A stretch of DNA of 64,000 nucleotides from positions 1 to 64,000 of the forward strand of contig CAJNYD010000025.1 in the NCBI GenBank assembly GCA_905331295.1. Reading direction: 5' to 3'. The DNA is from Rotaria socialis (Eukaryota). The notes under the pieces were generated by a model that made no database searches, was not told the origin of the DNA, and saw nothing but the letters and a program-made list of their open reading frames with translations. Shown one piece after another: positions 27,274 to 39,457 of this stretch (its first letter is position 1; the number at the start of each line of letters is the position of its first letter). The position numbers were made by a program, and so were the translations under genes.

Positions 27274-28324
27274 AAAAAAAGAAATCCAGGTGAATTCGGA
27301 CTGTCACATCGTTGTTTCCGGACAACCAGAGCTATTTATTTAAATTGTATATGTTCCACCCATGACTATCCCTTGCGTTCTTCACTTTATACAGACGATC
27401 GGTTTTTTTGCGTATAGTTGTTATTTTGCATTCAACTCTGTATTTTTCTCTCGTTCTTGGTCTCACTGAATTGTCTGTGCTATAATCTTTGTCTTTTGTT
27501 CGATTTTGTCTAAGGAAGAAAGAAAACAAGGACTAACAGTTTTGTTTTGAAATGATTTAACATGAATTTTATTGAACGAAAATTTTTATTTTTATTTTTT
27601 CATCTATTTTATTTGCATGATATGAATTTGTTACATTTGCATTCTATTCGATTGCTTGATGAATCATCCATGAAATCTTAATTGAAAGATATTTTAAACG
27701 AGAATCATTTTGAATGTACTCAAACTTTGAAGATAAGCATAGAATTTAATCCGATTAAAGAGGCACGATACACTTGCTGCTATGAAGAACAATCAAATGA
27801 TTAGGCATTTGTTTGTTATAAAATACGAAGAGAAAATCTTTCGAGCATGACGAATGCATTTAAACATTGCTTCTTACTAATGATTGATAACGATGAAGAT
27901 AAGAATGTTGTTTTCATGAAGTAATTCAATATGAAAATCAAAAATCTAATCAAGATATTTGGAAAGAAAAATATGATAAGGTGGGTGTGGTAATCTAGCA
28001 TCAATATTATCTGATATTAATAGCATTCAGCATCTTTCCAAATTCGTATTTATATTCTCAGTTGAAACTGCAAAGATAGTATGCTGTTCATTGGCAATTT
28101 ACTTCTTCATAAGATATTTTATTTATGCACGCAGAAAAGATTGTAATTTAATATTCAAAAATACAATATGACCAATGTTATTGATTGTTTTTATTTATAA
28201 TGCATTTAATTAAATAGACACATACTAAAATGTTTGACATCTGAATCTACTTTTCTAGCTACATACGTATTTAGATTTTATCGTTTAGAATCATCATGCA
28301 AAAACAAAATCTTAAGCAGCGTGT

Positions 28325-30424
28325 TTATTTATTTCCTGAGTGACCTTTTGTTGCATCGCCTTCTGTGTAAGCATTACTAACAACTCTGCCCTTGTCAACA
28401 ATCAAGTATTCTTCACGTTGTGGTCGTCCGTTAAGCCAATTTTCAAGAATTTCTTTAACACCAGCTGCATAACGTGCTTGAGCATCAAGTGTTGTGCCTG
28501 AATAGTGTGGTGTCATGGCATGACGTGGCATTGAACGCCATGGATGATCTTTTGATGCTGGCTATAAGAACGAAAGATATAAGGTGTTATCAAAATTATT
28601 TTCTTTGTTTTCACCTGTGGATACCAAACATCTCCAGCATAACCTTCAAGATGATTTGATTTAATAGCATCGACCAATGCATCGCGATCTATAATTTTTC
28701 CACGTGCTGTATTAACAAGATAACTGCCTTTTTTCATTAATGAAATCATTTTTTTATTAAACATATGTTCTGTTTCGGGATGCAATGGACAATTGATTGT
28801 AACAATATCACATTCTTTAACTAATGATTCAACATTTGAATGATATTTAACATTAAGATCTTTTTCAATAGATTTATCCAAACGAAATTTATCGTAATAA
28901 TGTAAATGAACATTAAATGGTTTAAGACGTTGTAAAACACGAAGACCAATACGACCAGCAGCCACTGTACCGATATGCTTGTTTTCTAAATCACGGGCTT
29001 TATCAGCAATTTGTGCTATGTCCCATTCGCCATTGATAACTTGCTGAAAGCATAAAATTTACTTTTATTAATTGAATAAAATCTTAAGAAAGATTTTTTA
29101 TATCAACCAATAATGTTTTGCATAGTCCTAGCTAGTGTACTTCGATTCAGTGTACAGTTATAAGAATGGACTTGATGATAAACGCATCTCATCAGTTCTC
29201 ATAAGATTAGCAATGCCATTTAAATTTCTATAGATTGCTGTTGGGCTAAGCCTTGTGATCTAATTTAATGTGAACTTTTCTAGGCTTATTGAAAATTTCG
29301 AGGTACACATTTGTTGCTTCCGAAGACTTTTTAGCAAATATTTGTTCGATAACTTGAAAGCTGAATTTTCACTTGTCTACAACTGCCTCAAGGCAACGTT
29401 ATTTAATCCCTTCGGAAATAGAATATAGAACTAGGTTATTGATCAAAGCAAGCTATTATTAAAACATGTCGTTTCACTAAAATATGAATGGAAAGTTTTT
29501 TAGGTTCGTTAAAAATTCATACTCTGAGCAACATAGAATCCTGTAGAGTAAGAGTGTCAAGATCACTATAGAATAAGATACAGAATACGAAAAAGTCTTA
29601 TCCTATTCTTAAAAACAATAAGAGATCAACTAATTCTATACTTTTCATCATATCTTCTAAACTTCGTTGTGCATCATTAAAATTGCTTTCGAATGTACTT
29701 GTGTGTAGACGTACTTTATAAGCAGGAATAAAATTTCGTACAAGTGCCAACATTTGCATGACAACATGTTCAGCAACACTCACAACATTTGAACCTGATA
29801 CTTCAGCTTAAAAGCAAAACAAAATAAAGCGATTAAGTTTTATTCAATAGTTTAGGATTCACTTACCAACAGTAATTCCTATTAGAAAAATACATAATGA
29901 ATTAGGTAAAAACAGTTTTCTTTTATCGTATATATAAATAGAAGCCTACCTCGTTTACATGCAGCTTCTAAATTGACATGATCAGAACCGACACCGGCTG
30001 TAATGGCTAATTTTAGATTTTTTGCTTTATCAATACGTTTGTTATCAAGATAGCACGGCCAAAATGGTTGCGATATAACAACACTGGCTTCGGGTAAAGT
30101 TTTTTCTACAACAGAATTTTCACCTTGCTTATCAGATGTTACAACAAGTTTAAGACGATTTTCAAGATTATTTTCTTTTATCCATTTGGGTAAGCCAAGT
30201 GCATTTTCTACACATCCTAAAATATTTTTATTCCTTTTGCCAGCGTCACCACCTTTTGAAAACACAGAAGAACGTTTCAATATTATTAAACAATAAAGAA
30301 TTAACATCGAACCTTCATAGAGTACAACTAAAACTGTTTGTTGACCACTGGTTGATGCATAACGTGGTATACGTGTCAATGGATTATTAGATAATAATCC
30401 TTTTTTTATTATACTACTTAACAT
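28325..30424 (-). CDS. FDH: NAD-dependent formate dehydrogenase, 6 exons, with a putative mitochondrial presequence
   Basis: Exons 30424-30313, 30252-29950, 29878-29867, 29806-29715, 29043-28615 and 28561-28325. Motifs [61 protein letters not shown] and [17 protein letters not shown]. Confidence 0.93.
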
Positions 30425-30864
30425 TGTTTTTCTCCTTCAATTTATAATAGTATCAAAAGAAATACAACCGTGCTTCTCTGACTTATTTTATATGCGCAAT
30501 TATTTATAGTAGACCGCTTTTATACCCTGTTCGTTTCGTCGTGCATATAGATGATAAGAAAGAAAAAAGTACGCCGAGTTTAAGTAACGTCTATGAGCAA
30601 TCGAAGGGTAAATTGCACTATGTGGCATCTATATGGAACTCAGTACTATTCTTTCGTTTTCACAAGTCAATTCATTTAAGATTTGATAAAGTTCATGGGC
30701 AAATTTTAAATCAAAGAAAAAACGAAGCCTACTATTTTTACTTATCCATACTAATATATTAATAGAATTTTATAAAAGGCAATTTTTAATGAAACGAAAA
30801 TAATGATAATGTTTTAAAATCAAACAAATTCTTAAAATTGTTGCTTTGCCATTATTATTTGATT

Positions 30865-30893
30865 ACTAGCGAGAACCCGTGCATACTGCACGG
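30865..30893 (-). mobile_element. Helitron-type 3' terminus
   Basis: On the minus strand a hairpin ccgtgca-gta-tgcacgg is followed after 7 nt by CTAG|T. The 5' end was not identified. Confidence 0.6.
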
Positions 30894-31142
30894 TCGTAGT
30901 TTTTATTATTGAAGCAAGTTTTTCATGCGGATGAGGGGATTATCACGAATACAATTAAAATCTTTATCTCCATTCTATCCAAACAATGTATTTTCATATT
31001 TTTCATTTTATTTTCAAACAAAAATTTTACAAAATTTCTTTGAAAACAATGTTTTTAGTTTTATTTTTATCACTGTTATTTTCTTCTTTGATGAGTTGTA
31101 CCTTGATAGACGTTAGAGAGCGAACTCTTGAAAAGGCAACGT

Positions 31143-31302
31143 AGGGTGTGGGTGGGAATCTGGGTTTGGACTGTTTTGTTCTGCAGACCCACACCCACAC
31201 ACCCTTCTAGAAACATAGTAGGCCTCTATTTTGACTCTTAATCGTTTACCTTTAACCTTTAACCTTTGACCCGGCACAGGCACACCCACACCCACACCCT
31301 CT
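31143..31302. repeat. Telomere-like inverted-termini element plus an extra (CCCACA)3 tract
   Basis: AGGGTGTGGGTGGG - ~30 nt - ACCCACACCCACACACCCT (31143-31205), then CACACCCACACCCACACCCTC at 31281-31301. Confidence 0.75.
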
Positions 31303-31869
31303 GCCAATCAGAAAAATCCAAGTGAAGTCAGTTTTTCACGAATGAATGGACCTAGTAAGAAATGTTTCCAATATGCCGAACTAGACAGTATATTTAACTG
31401 ATAGATACAGCCCTAATACCAGTGTGAAGATTTTCATTGAAAAGAATTTTGAAAATCATTTCATTCATTATTTAAATGTACATGATTTTGAAACATGCAA
31501 AAGTCAATACCAGTTAATATGAAGAAATGTATTCTTCTTAAAACTATAGAAAAAATAGGCGATAATCTGTCAACAATGATAATAGTAGCGCCGGAAAATT
31601 CTGCTCAGCGTAACAAATCAATTTTCATTTTTCTTCAAAAAATATTCGCTTTCATGAGACTAGAATGAAGAAAAAAAATCGTTTGGTTAATATTTATTTC
31701 TTTTTAAATGTTTGTGAGGGTTAATCGAGAACAAAACTTTTTAAAAAAAAAGAAAGGAAAAGACAGCGAATGAACAAACAAATAGACTTTGTCTTTTTCT
31801 GGACTTTTCAATGAACAAGAGAAGAAGAAGAAGAAACGAGTAACAAATAACACTATGGAAATTATTTGT

Positions 31870-32613
31870 CTAATCTTGTCGACCTTTCAATTCTCGTACA
31901 GTAACCTTGTCTTTTTCAACAACATAGACTACAGCACCCCAACCACTAGCTGAATCACGATCAACACCGTTCAAGAATGCTTGCGATGTTGCTTCGAATA
32001 ATTCATCTGCATTCATATTCGGCTTGAAGAAAAGTTCACCTATGAAATAATTTTCAAAACTTATCATAGATAAATTTTTGATTCAAAACATACCAAGACC
32101 AAAAATGTAGTCACTAGCAGTTCCAACAGTAGCTAAATTCACATTGTCACTAATGGCACCAATATTATCTGAATCAAAAACGTAGGTTTCGCCAGTTTTA
32201 GGATCAAGACCAATGACCAGTGCATATACAAAATAAGGTCCAAATCGTCGTTCATATAATAGATTTGTTAACATATTGTATAATACGAGTGGTTTTAATT
32301 TTCGTTGTTCACGTAATTCATATAAATTTGTACGAAATCTCAAACGTTCAGATACGGTTTGTACCTTTAAGAGCAAAAAAAAACATTTTGAAACAAAATT
32401 AAAATTTTTACCGTAAGAGAAAAGACTTACATCAGTTGCCAAACCACAAAATGCTACAAAGCAATGATCACCATATTGAAATATTTTTGTAAAATTTGTT
32501 GCAACTGTCTTGTTTTGTATACCATAACGCTTATCACATACAATGGCGACACATTCTTTACCTTTCATTGCTAAAGCAACACCACCATTGTACGACATCA
32601 TATCATCGCCCAT
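31870..32613 (-). CDS. PSMB3: Proteasome subunit beta type-3 (3 exons)
   Basis: MSYNGGVALAMKGKECVAI, GLATDV-QTV, LYERRFGPYF and DRDSASGWGAVVY...LKGRQD*. Confidence 0.95.
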
Positions 32614-32860
32614 GTTTATTGTTTATTTTTGATAAATAATAATATCTACAATCATGTTATATATGAATTTCGATTATATATTTACGGAAAAATAGTCAAA
32701 TAAATAGACGCATACGGATATAATTGACAACAAGAAAGGAAAAAAATAATGATAAAGTTTCGCTTATCCGAATGATCCTGACAACACCAAAAGAAATAAA
32801 ATGATACAAGACAAAAGTACAACATTGCACTGTTAACGGAAGTAAAAACTGCACGGATTT

Positions 32861-34400
32861 TTAGAAGATTGGTACATAATTGTCGATTCTATAAACAGAA
32901 AAATAAGTATAGTATCGAAATCAAAGAAACTATTTTGGTTTACCGTGCACGATGTTTTTGTGCGATACATTCACCAATCCAAATAATATTTCGATTCTCT
33001 TGTTCTTTTAATTTTAAATACGCATAAAATATACCAAAATGGAATTGACGAAGAAATGCATTCATATTAAGTTTAACCTTGAGAATAGAAAGAGATTTTG
33101 TATGAAATTGTTCAAAACAAAATTTCTTACTTCATGCTCAAAAAATTTATCTTCAATTGTTTTATCGCCTGTGTTTGTTCCAGCGCCTTCGAATAATAGT
33201 TTATATTGCTAAAATAATCGAAACAGAAAAAAAAATTTCAAAAAAAGAATAGCAAAATCTAACTTACAGGATAATGAGCTGCAACATCTCTTACAGCGTC
33301 ATAACTATCTGTACGTCTTAATTCTTGTAAACCATCTGGATGTAAATGACCACACGTTGGATAGAGTTTTGCCCGTTCATCTTGTGTCAGACCTGTATCA
33401 AATGAGTTTATTGTTATCATAAATGCGCGGCGATCAGCTTCGAACTAAATACGATAGAAAATATTTTATCTCTCACGTAATAAGAATGATCGAATACGTA
33501 CGGCAAGTATTTCACACATCACCTCAGCTGTAATGCCACCAAGTTTCTCGCAAAAATTATAAAAATCTTCAAGGTAAGCCTGAACAAAATATTCAAATGA
33601 GTTTTGTTTTTCTTCTTAATGAAATGTACTAGTTTTTTCCGCGTACCTTGTAAAGTGTGCTACGAATGATTTCAACATTCAATTCATCAAGATCATGTTC
33701 AGAGATACAATCAATAAAATATGGAGCTAGAAAAAAACAAAAAACTAATTATTACGAATCAAATGATAGAATTTTCATACCCAATGGCGTATCGACTAGT
33801 ACGGCTGTGTAGAGTTGTGCTGGTGTATCGGCAACAGTAATAGCGCCAAGTTGTTCAAAACTACCCAAAGGATGACAACGCGGTAAAAGATCACCAATGG
33901 CACGTTGATGAAGAGTACCCGTGATTAGTAAGACAATATTGTCAATCATATAAGCATATCTAATAGAAGAAAATATTTTTATGGTACTTTTGCTTTTATT
34001 TCATATAAAGATAATGTTTGGCAAAGTAAGATCTAGTCAACTGTAAACTTACGTTATATAATCAAGGAATGTTGATAATGGCTCATAGGAAACATTACGT
34101 AAATGTTGAAATTCTTGAACAGTTTTTTCACGTAGACGATCATCAATAACATTCACAGTTAAAGGACTTGCTTCATTGGCCAAAAAATTCCCGTAATCAG
34201 TAGATTGTAAATGAAGTCTTAAATCTAAATAATGCCTTCGTAGAAATTGAAATACTCCATAGTATCGAAATTTTACCCTCAAGTGTTTCACATTGTACTA
34301 AATTGTGATAATCTGCTGCTTTTAAAATACCGCTTTTAAAACCACGACATAAGCCTTCAGCATAGCCATGATCGAGATTAAAGTAAAGATCGTCCTTCAT
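32861..34400 (-). CDS. ATP6V0D1: V-type ATPase V0 subunit d, multi-exon
   Basis: [71 protein letters not shown] and [16 protein letters not shown]; ends IDNYVPIF* at 32861. Confidence 0.95.
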
Positions 34401-34909
34401 TGTTAAATACAAATCAACACCAGAAAAAAATCTGAAAATTCAAAACATCTTTTATGGAAAATAGACAAAAATGAAATTGTTTCTATTAATGAGTGTTTAC
34501 AATAATAAAAGAAATATTTGTTGAATGAATAATATTCGATTGATAAGAAAATAGAATACCTTTTCGTGATTTTTAGACGAAATAGATCAATAATCTGTTT
34601 TTCAATTAGAGATACTCAGTTCTAGTTTAATTATATCTGTTACAATGTGAACAACCAGTGGGTTATTCAATGATATTAAAGAAACATAGTCATCAAATTT
34701 TTCTGATGAAATGTTTAGCGCAATTAGTTCCATGATTTATATTGTTTCTTTCCATTTATTAAAGAAAATGTTTTTTTCAAATAATCTTAAAATCATATCT
34801 AAAAATGAATAAAAAAAATTAAAATTTCTTAAAACAATTACTGACTTGATTAATCAAAAAATTTAATCAATGAAAGACGCAATATAGATCTCTGATTAAT
34901 TGTTAATTA

Positions 34910-35869
34910 CTAATAATTATATGTTTTATTCAATCTCATTGCTAAATGTTCACCGGCAGTTAATACGTGTTCATTATCAAGATCAAGTGCATGTTTAGCA
35001 TGTTCATCTTTTTCGAATTGCCGATCAAGTATTAATTTTGATGGAATTGGTGTTAGTAATGTTGAATCATTAGGGCCACAAAAAAATGCTATAGAATAAC
35101 GTTCATTATCTTTTGTTGAATCAACTACTGGCATAACAACACGATGAACAATACTTTTTATAAAACCTTTCGACCAATATTCAAAAGCATCTCCGAAATT
35201 TACAACAATCATATCATCGAATGGTTCAACAGGATGCCAACTATTTGTTGAACGATCAAGTACTTCAAGACCTGATTTATGTTCATGTTGAAAAAGAAGA
35301 GTTAGTGAACCATAATCCGAATGAGCACCAGCACGAATGCTTTCATCCGATCGTTCTGTTACAGGTGGATAATGAAGAAGTCGAATTATATTGTGAGGTT
35401 CAATTTCCAACTTATGCTTTGACGTAAAATAATCCAAATCAATATCAAAACCTTTAGCAATATATACCAATAGTTTCATACATAAATCATAACAATCACG
35501 ATAAAATTTAGTAATGAATTCATAATTATTTGATTCAGCAAATAATGCAGGCAATCGATCGCGTGAAACTGCTTGTGCTATGTTAAATGCTTCTTTTTCG
35601 TCGATTAATTTTCTATTTGCAGAATCAAGATTTTCTTTTCCACGTCGAATAAATCCATGATTATCTGTTCTTATGGTATAGTTTTCTTTAATATCCGATG
35701 GTAATTGAAAAAATTCTTTAGAAAGTTCAAACATGTGTTGTTGAGCATTGAAAAGATCATGATTACGGATATAGAAAAAGCCAGTTGTGGAACAAGCATT
35801 TAATATTGAGTCCACTATGGTTGATTCGTCTGCCTTAAGATCGATTATAGGCAATGAAGAAAATGACAT
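34910..35869 (-). CDS. IPNS-like 2-oxoglutarate/Fe(II) dioxygenase (DIOX_N + 2OG-FeII_Oxy), intronless
   Basis: LPIIDL...ACSTTGFFYIRNH; HxD in GAHSDYGSLTLLFQ; distal His in SIVHRV; RxS in RYSIAFF. Confidence 0.9.
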   Translation of the reverse strand: MSFSSLPIIDLKADESTIVDSILNACSTTGFFYIRNHDLFNAQQHMFELSKEFFQLPSDIKENYTIRTDNHGFIRRGKENLDSANRKLIDEKEAFNIAQAVSRDRLPALFAESNNYEFITKFYRDCYDLCMKLLVYIAKGFDIDLDYFTSKHKLEIEPHNIIRLLHYPPVTERSDESIRAGAHSDYGSLTLLFQHEHKSGLEVLDRSTNSWHPVEPFDDMIVVNFGDAFEYWSKGFIKSIVHRVVMPVVDSTKDNERYSIAFFCGPNDSTLLTPIPSKLILDRQFEKDEHAKHALDLDNEHVLTAGEHLAMRLNKTYNY

Positions 35870-36461
35870 TGGTGTTTATTTTGTTTTGTATGACAATAAT
35901 AAAGAAATGCAACAGATCTCCAGAATCGAAAAGATCAAATAAGTAAACAGATGAGTCATATAACTGATATAAATACTGACATCTACTAAACGGGGAACTT
36001 GCTTTTCGTTCTATTTTACGTTATAATTCAAAATGAATATCAATAAAAAAAGTATTTAATATTTTCACTGTGAAGTCTTATTTATTTTCGGAAGATGTCG
36101 CCATATACAGATTACCATTGCTCTTACAGTAAATATATGAACAGGTCTTGTAGCATATATGATTGATGGTACATGGAGAACCGTATCCATAGTTGCTAAA
36201 ATGTTCTCAATTATAATCTCACCAAATTTGAAAAGTATGTGACATATTTGGTGAGGTTACTTGATTATGGATCAAATTTCTGCTTCGTGTATGACATCAT
36301 TTTATCTAGAACTAATTTCATGGAACAGCATCTACCATACAAAGTCATTAATTACAAATTTAATATCCATAAAATAATTGACTCACAACCAAACAAGAAA
36401 TAATCCGAATTCTGAACTTATTACTTCTATATTCTGTCTGTTTTTTTCGATTTCAGATTAG

Positions 36462-36809
36462 TTGGCAGTCTACGAAAAATGGAGACAATTCAAAGTGAAC
36501 AGAGAACGAGTCTCTGTCAGCAGTCTCATCGGTAATACACTATTCAAAGGACACCATCTAACTGTTGAAATTCAAAATCTAACACAAAAAATCTATGAAG
36601 ATCTAATCAATCACTATCCAATAACACTGAAATGTCAATGTAGTCGAATCGATATACCTTATAGTTCATTTCTTTCGATTTCAACGTATTATCATCCTAT
36701 TTGTTCAAGTACCTACATTCTTGACGAATGGATTCATTCGAGTCGGCTTCTATTGAAGAAGAAAAAATACGAATTCCATACTTTGCAAATTTTTTGTAAG
36801 TATCTATGA
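36462..36809 (+). pseudogene. Fragment of a Cys-motif protein family (Y..L...YP.TL.C.C....IPY..F......HPICSS)
   Basis: Short isolated ORF without a proper start or continuation. The motif resembles a large uncharacterised rotifer family (from memory, unverified). Confidence 0.45.
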
Positions 36810-37195
36810 TTGCGTTCAGAGGGAATTTATGCATGAAAAAAGATTTGAGAAGCAGTAAATGCTTATTGTGATACTAATTTGAAACTTTCTACCAGCTTAC
36901 ATAATTTAGACATTATTTTTCATTCGCTAGTGGATTGTATGTTCTTTGTCTTTAAAACAAAACATATTCGCTTTGGCACACAATGTCAACAAAATTTCAT
37001 AGATATGTATTTTAAGTATAAGTAATTTATTTTCTGGCGAAATTTGAAAAGCCAAGAATGTCATCCTTGTCTTTTGGTAACTAAACTAAATCTATCAGTA
37101 TGTATTTCACCAATGCAGTCTAATACTTTTAGTTGTATGCTGATTTGTCAAAAATTCATGTACCATCAGTTTTGTATTATTTTATTATATACTTC

Positions 37196-37242
37196 GGGTG
37201 TGCGAGTGTGAGCGCCTAATAAGTAATACACCCACACCCTCT
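37196..37242. repeat. Degenerate telomere-like inverted-termini element
   Basis: GGGTGTGCGAGTGTGAGCG - short AT-rich spacer - ACACCCACACCCTCT. Confidence 0.65.
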
Positions 37243-37697
37243 TTCGTCTGAAAAGAATAAAGCTTCCAAACAGAATCTAAAATTTAGCTTTGTTCAAGGT
37301 ATAGCACTTAGTAAAAAGGCTTCGATTTCGTTGAAAACAATTTTCTGCATGGAATCATTTTATTTTCAATGCACTTACATTTATTCTAGACAAATGCTTT
37401 CGTCCCAGGTTGTATTTGGAGAATTTCGATAAATAGTCCTTTTATTGTGTAGTGAAAATTTCAGAAAGAAAATGATTAAGGCTTCTGATGAGATCAACTT
37501 TTGCTTTTACAAATAAAATATAGATAGACATTCATCGAAGGTTTAAGAAATTACGCAGATAAATCAATTAATTCTGCGATTTGAACAGGAACTAAGTTCC
37601 ACTACATAGAATTTGAGCAAATGACGATATATAATTATGATACACAATATTCAGCGATATAGAATTATGCAATAGACAAACAGATTGTTTAAATAAA

Positions 37698-38825
37698 TTA
37701 TGTCGCAAGTTCTACATCAATGTTAAGAGTAAAATTATCTAAAAATAGCAACGGTTGTAAACACGTGCCAATAAATTTGATTGGTATCCAAGCTTGAAAA
37801 TCATGAGCTTTCAATCCATCCTTGCTGGAACGAAATCTTTCTCCATAGTACATATGTAAAGTTTCTTCTGATGATATTTGCAAGGTAGCTACATTGAATT
37901 GTTGAGCAGGAACTGTAAAATTCGTACCAAATGGATCATCGATCGAACACGGATTTATAGTCATATCGGTTACGTGTTCGGGTGGACCACGTCCATCGGC
38001 ACAATAATTTAATTGACCGTGATAGGTCCAATTACCTAGTATTTCAGTAGCAGAAAATACTCGTGCATCTGAACCCCACTGACAAAAACAACAATCAAAC
38101 GACAACATTGTATAGTAGATTCCTTTTTGTTTAAACATTCCACCTCCATCATACCATGGGAAATCTTCTTTTTCAAAAATAATAGAGAACTGTCCAGTAG
38201 TTGTCATCCAATCTGGTGACAGTTTTTCTACAACATGTCTCAAAGGTTCATCACGTGTATTATACCGAACATAAGCTGTATTATCATCATCAACAAATAG
38301 ATTCGTAGTATCACTAATTGTTTTTCCACCTTGCATTTCTAACGGTTGAACATTGACGAAAGGACCAAATGGTGTAGAAGCAACAGCAAGAGCAACTAGA
38401 GAATTTTTAAATCCATATCTACTCGACCAATAGATCATCACATATTGTTTAGTGCGATGATTGTAGCCAACATTTGGCATCCAATAATTGATGTAATAAT
38501 TGTCTTTGGTAACCTCAGGTACAATATTATTATTGATCAAAGTCCAATTGACAAGATCTGGTGAAGTATATAAAGCAAATGTATTATTTATATAACCACA
38601 TACACCATCACAAATAGTCGTCGACTGATGACATTCACCATAAACTGTACCATACATAAAGTAGGTATTATCAAATTTAACTAGACAACCATCATGTGCA
38701 TTAACAAAGTTTCCATCTACATCCAGTCGAGGTATAACATTAGAGATAACTACTTGCTTGCTTGAAACGAGCCAAAAATTTGATATAAAAAGAATCGAAA
38801 CAAAATGCATTGATAAAATAATCAT
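37698..38825 (-). CDS. Secreted glycoside hydrolase family 43 (five-bladed beta-propeller), intronless
   Basis: Hydrophobic N-terminal signal; PRLDVDGNFVNAHDG, YTSPDLVNW, VASTPFGPF, LFVDDDNTAY and MFKQKGIYY motifs. Confidence 0.85.
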   Translation of the reverse strand: MIILSMHFVSILFISNFWLVSSKQVVISNVIPRLDVDGNFVNAHDGCLVKFDNTYFMYGTVYGECHQSTTICDGVCGYINNTFALYTSPDLVNWTLINNNIVPEVTKDNYYINYWMPNVGYNHRTKQYVMIYWSSRYGFKNSLVALAVASTPFGPFVNVQPLEMQGGKTISDTTNLFVDDDNTAYVRYNTRDEPLRHVVEKLSPDWMTTTGQFSIIFEKEDFPWYDGGGMFKQKGIYYTMLSFDCCFCQWGSDARVFSATEILGNWTYHGQLNYCADGRGPPEHVTDMTINPCSIDDPFGTNFTVPAQQFNVATLQISSEETLHMYYGERFRSSKDGLKAHDFQAWIPIKFIGTCLQPLLFLDNFTLNIDVELAT

Positions 38826-39457
38826 TTTTTGAAAACGCTAACAGAAGAATATCTTAAACAATCTATAATAGTTTCATTGATAAAATGAAGTATACTCCAA
38901 AGAAACAGCACATTATACCAGTGTGACTTTTGCGCTAGCTTATCTTACTGCTAAGATAACAAAAGCAAATGGTGCTTTTCATTTCTCTTTCTTCGTTTAA
39001 TAAACATAAAGGTTTGTTTGCCTTGAAAATAAATAGAACTAACTATTGATTGAGAATGACTTCTCATTTAAATAGTTATTGAAGATAATCATATTAGTTG
39101 AAAACACGTCGGCGAAGTTGACAACTAATGGATACGTTATTTGACAAAATTTTATAAAAAACAGGAAAGAATAACATTATGTTTAAGATCTCAACCTTCT
39201 TGAAAAAGCACGGATGATTATTTAAACTAGTTCCCTCCTACACCGATCCTATCGAATAATTATGATGAAAAGAAATCGAAATACATTTCATTGTCCAAAC
39301 TTGTGATTTTTTCAAAGGTCTGAGATGATCGTGTAGGTAAAATGGCTTTAACACGTCAATATGTGTATGATCGGGTAAAATTCAATATTCTTTTTTTAAA
39401 TTTTGCTGTTTAAATACACAAATGAAATATTATTTCCTTTAGTTTATTGCTTTTAAG

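Noticed and set aside
31113..31307. 64-aa ORF MAEGVGVGV...
   Set aside because: It results from reading through GGGTGT/CCCACA repeats.
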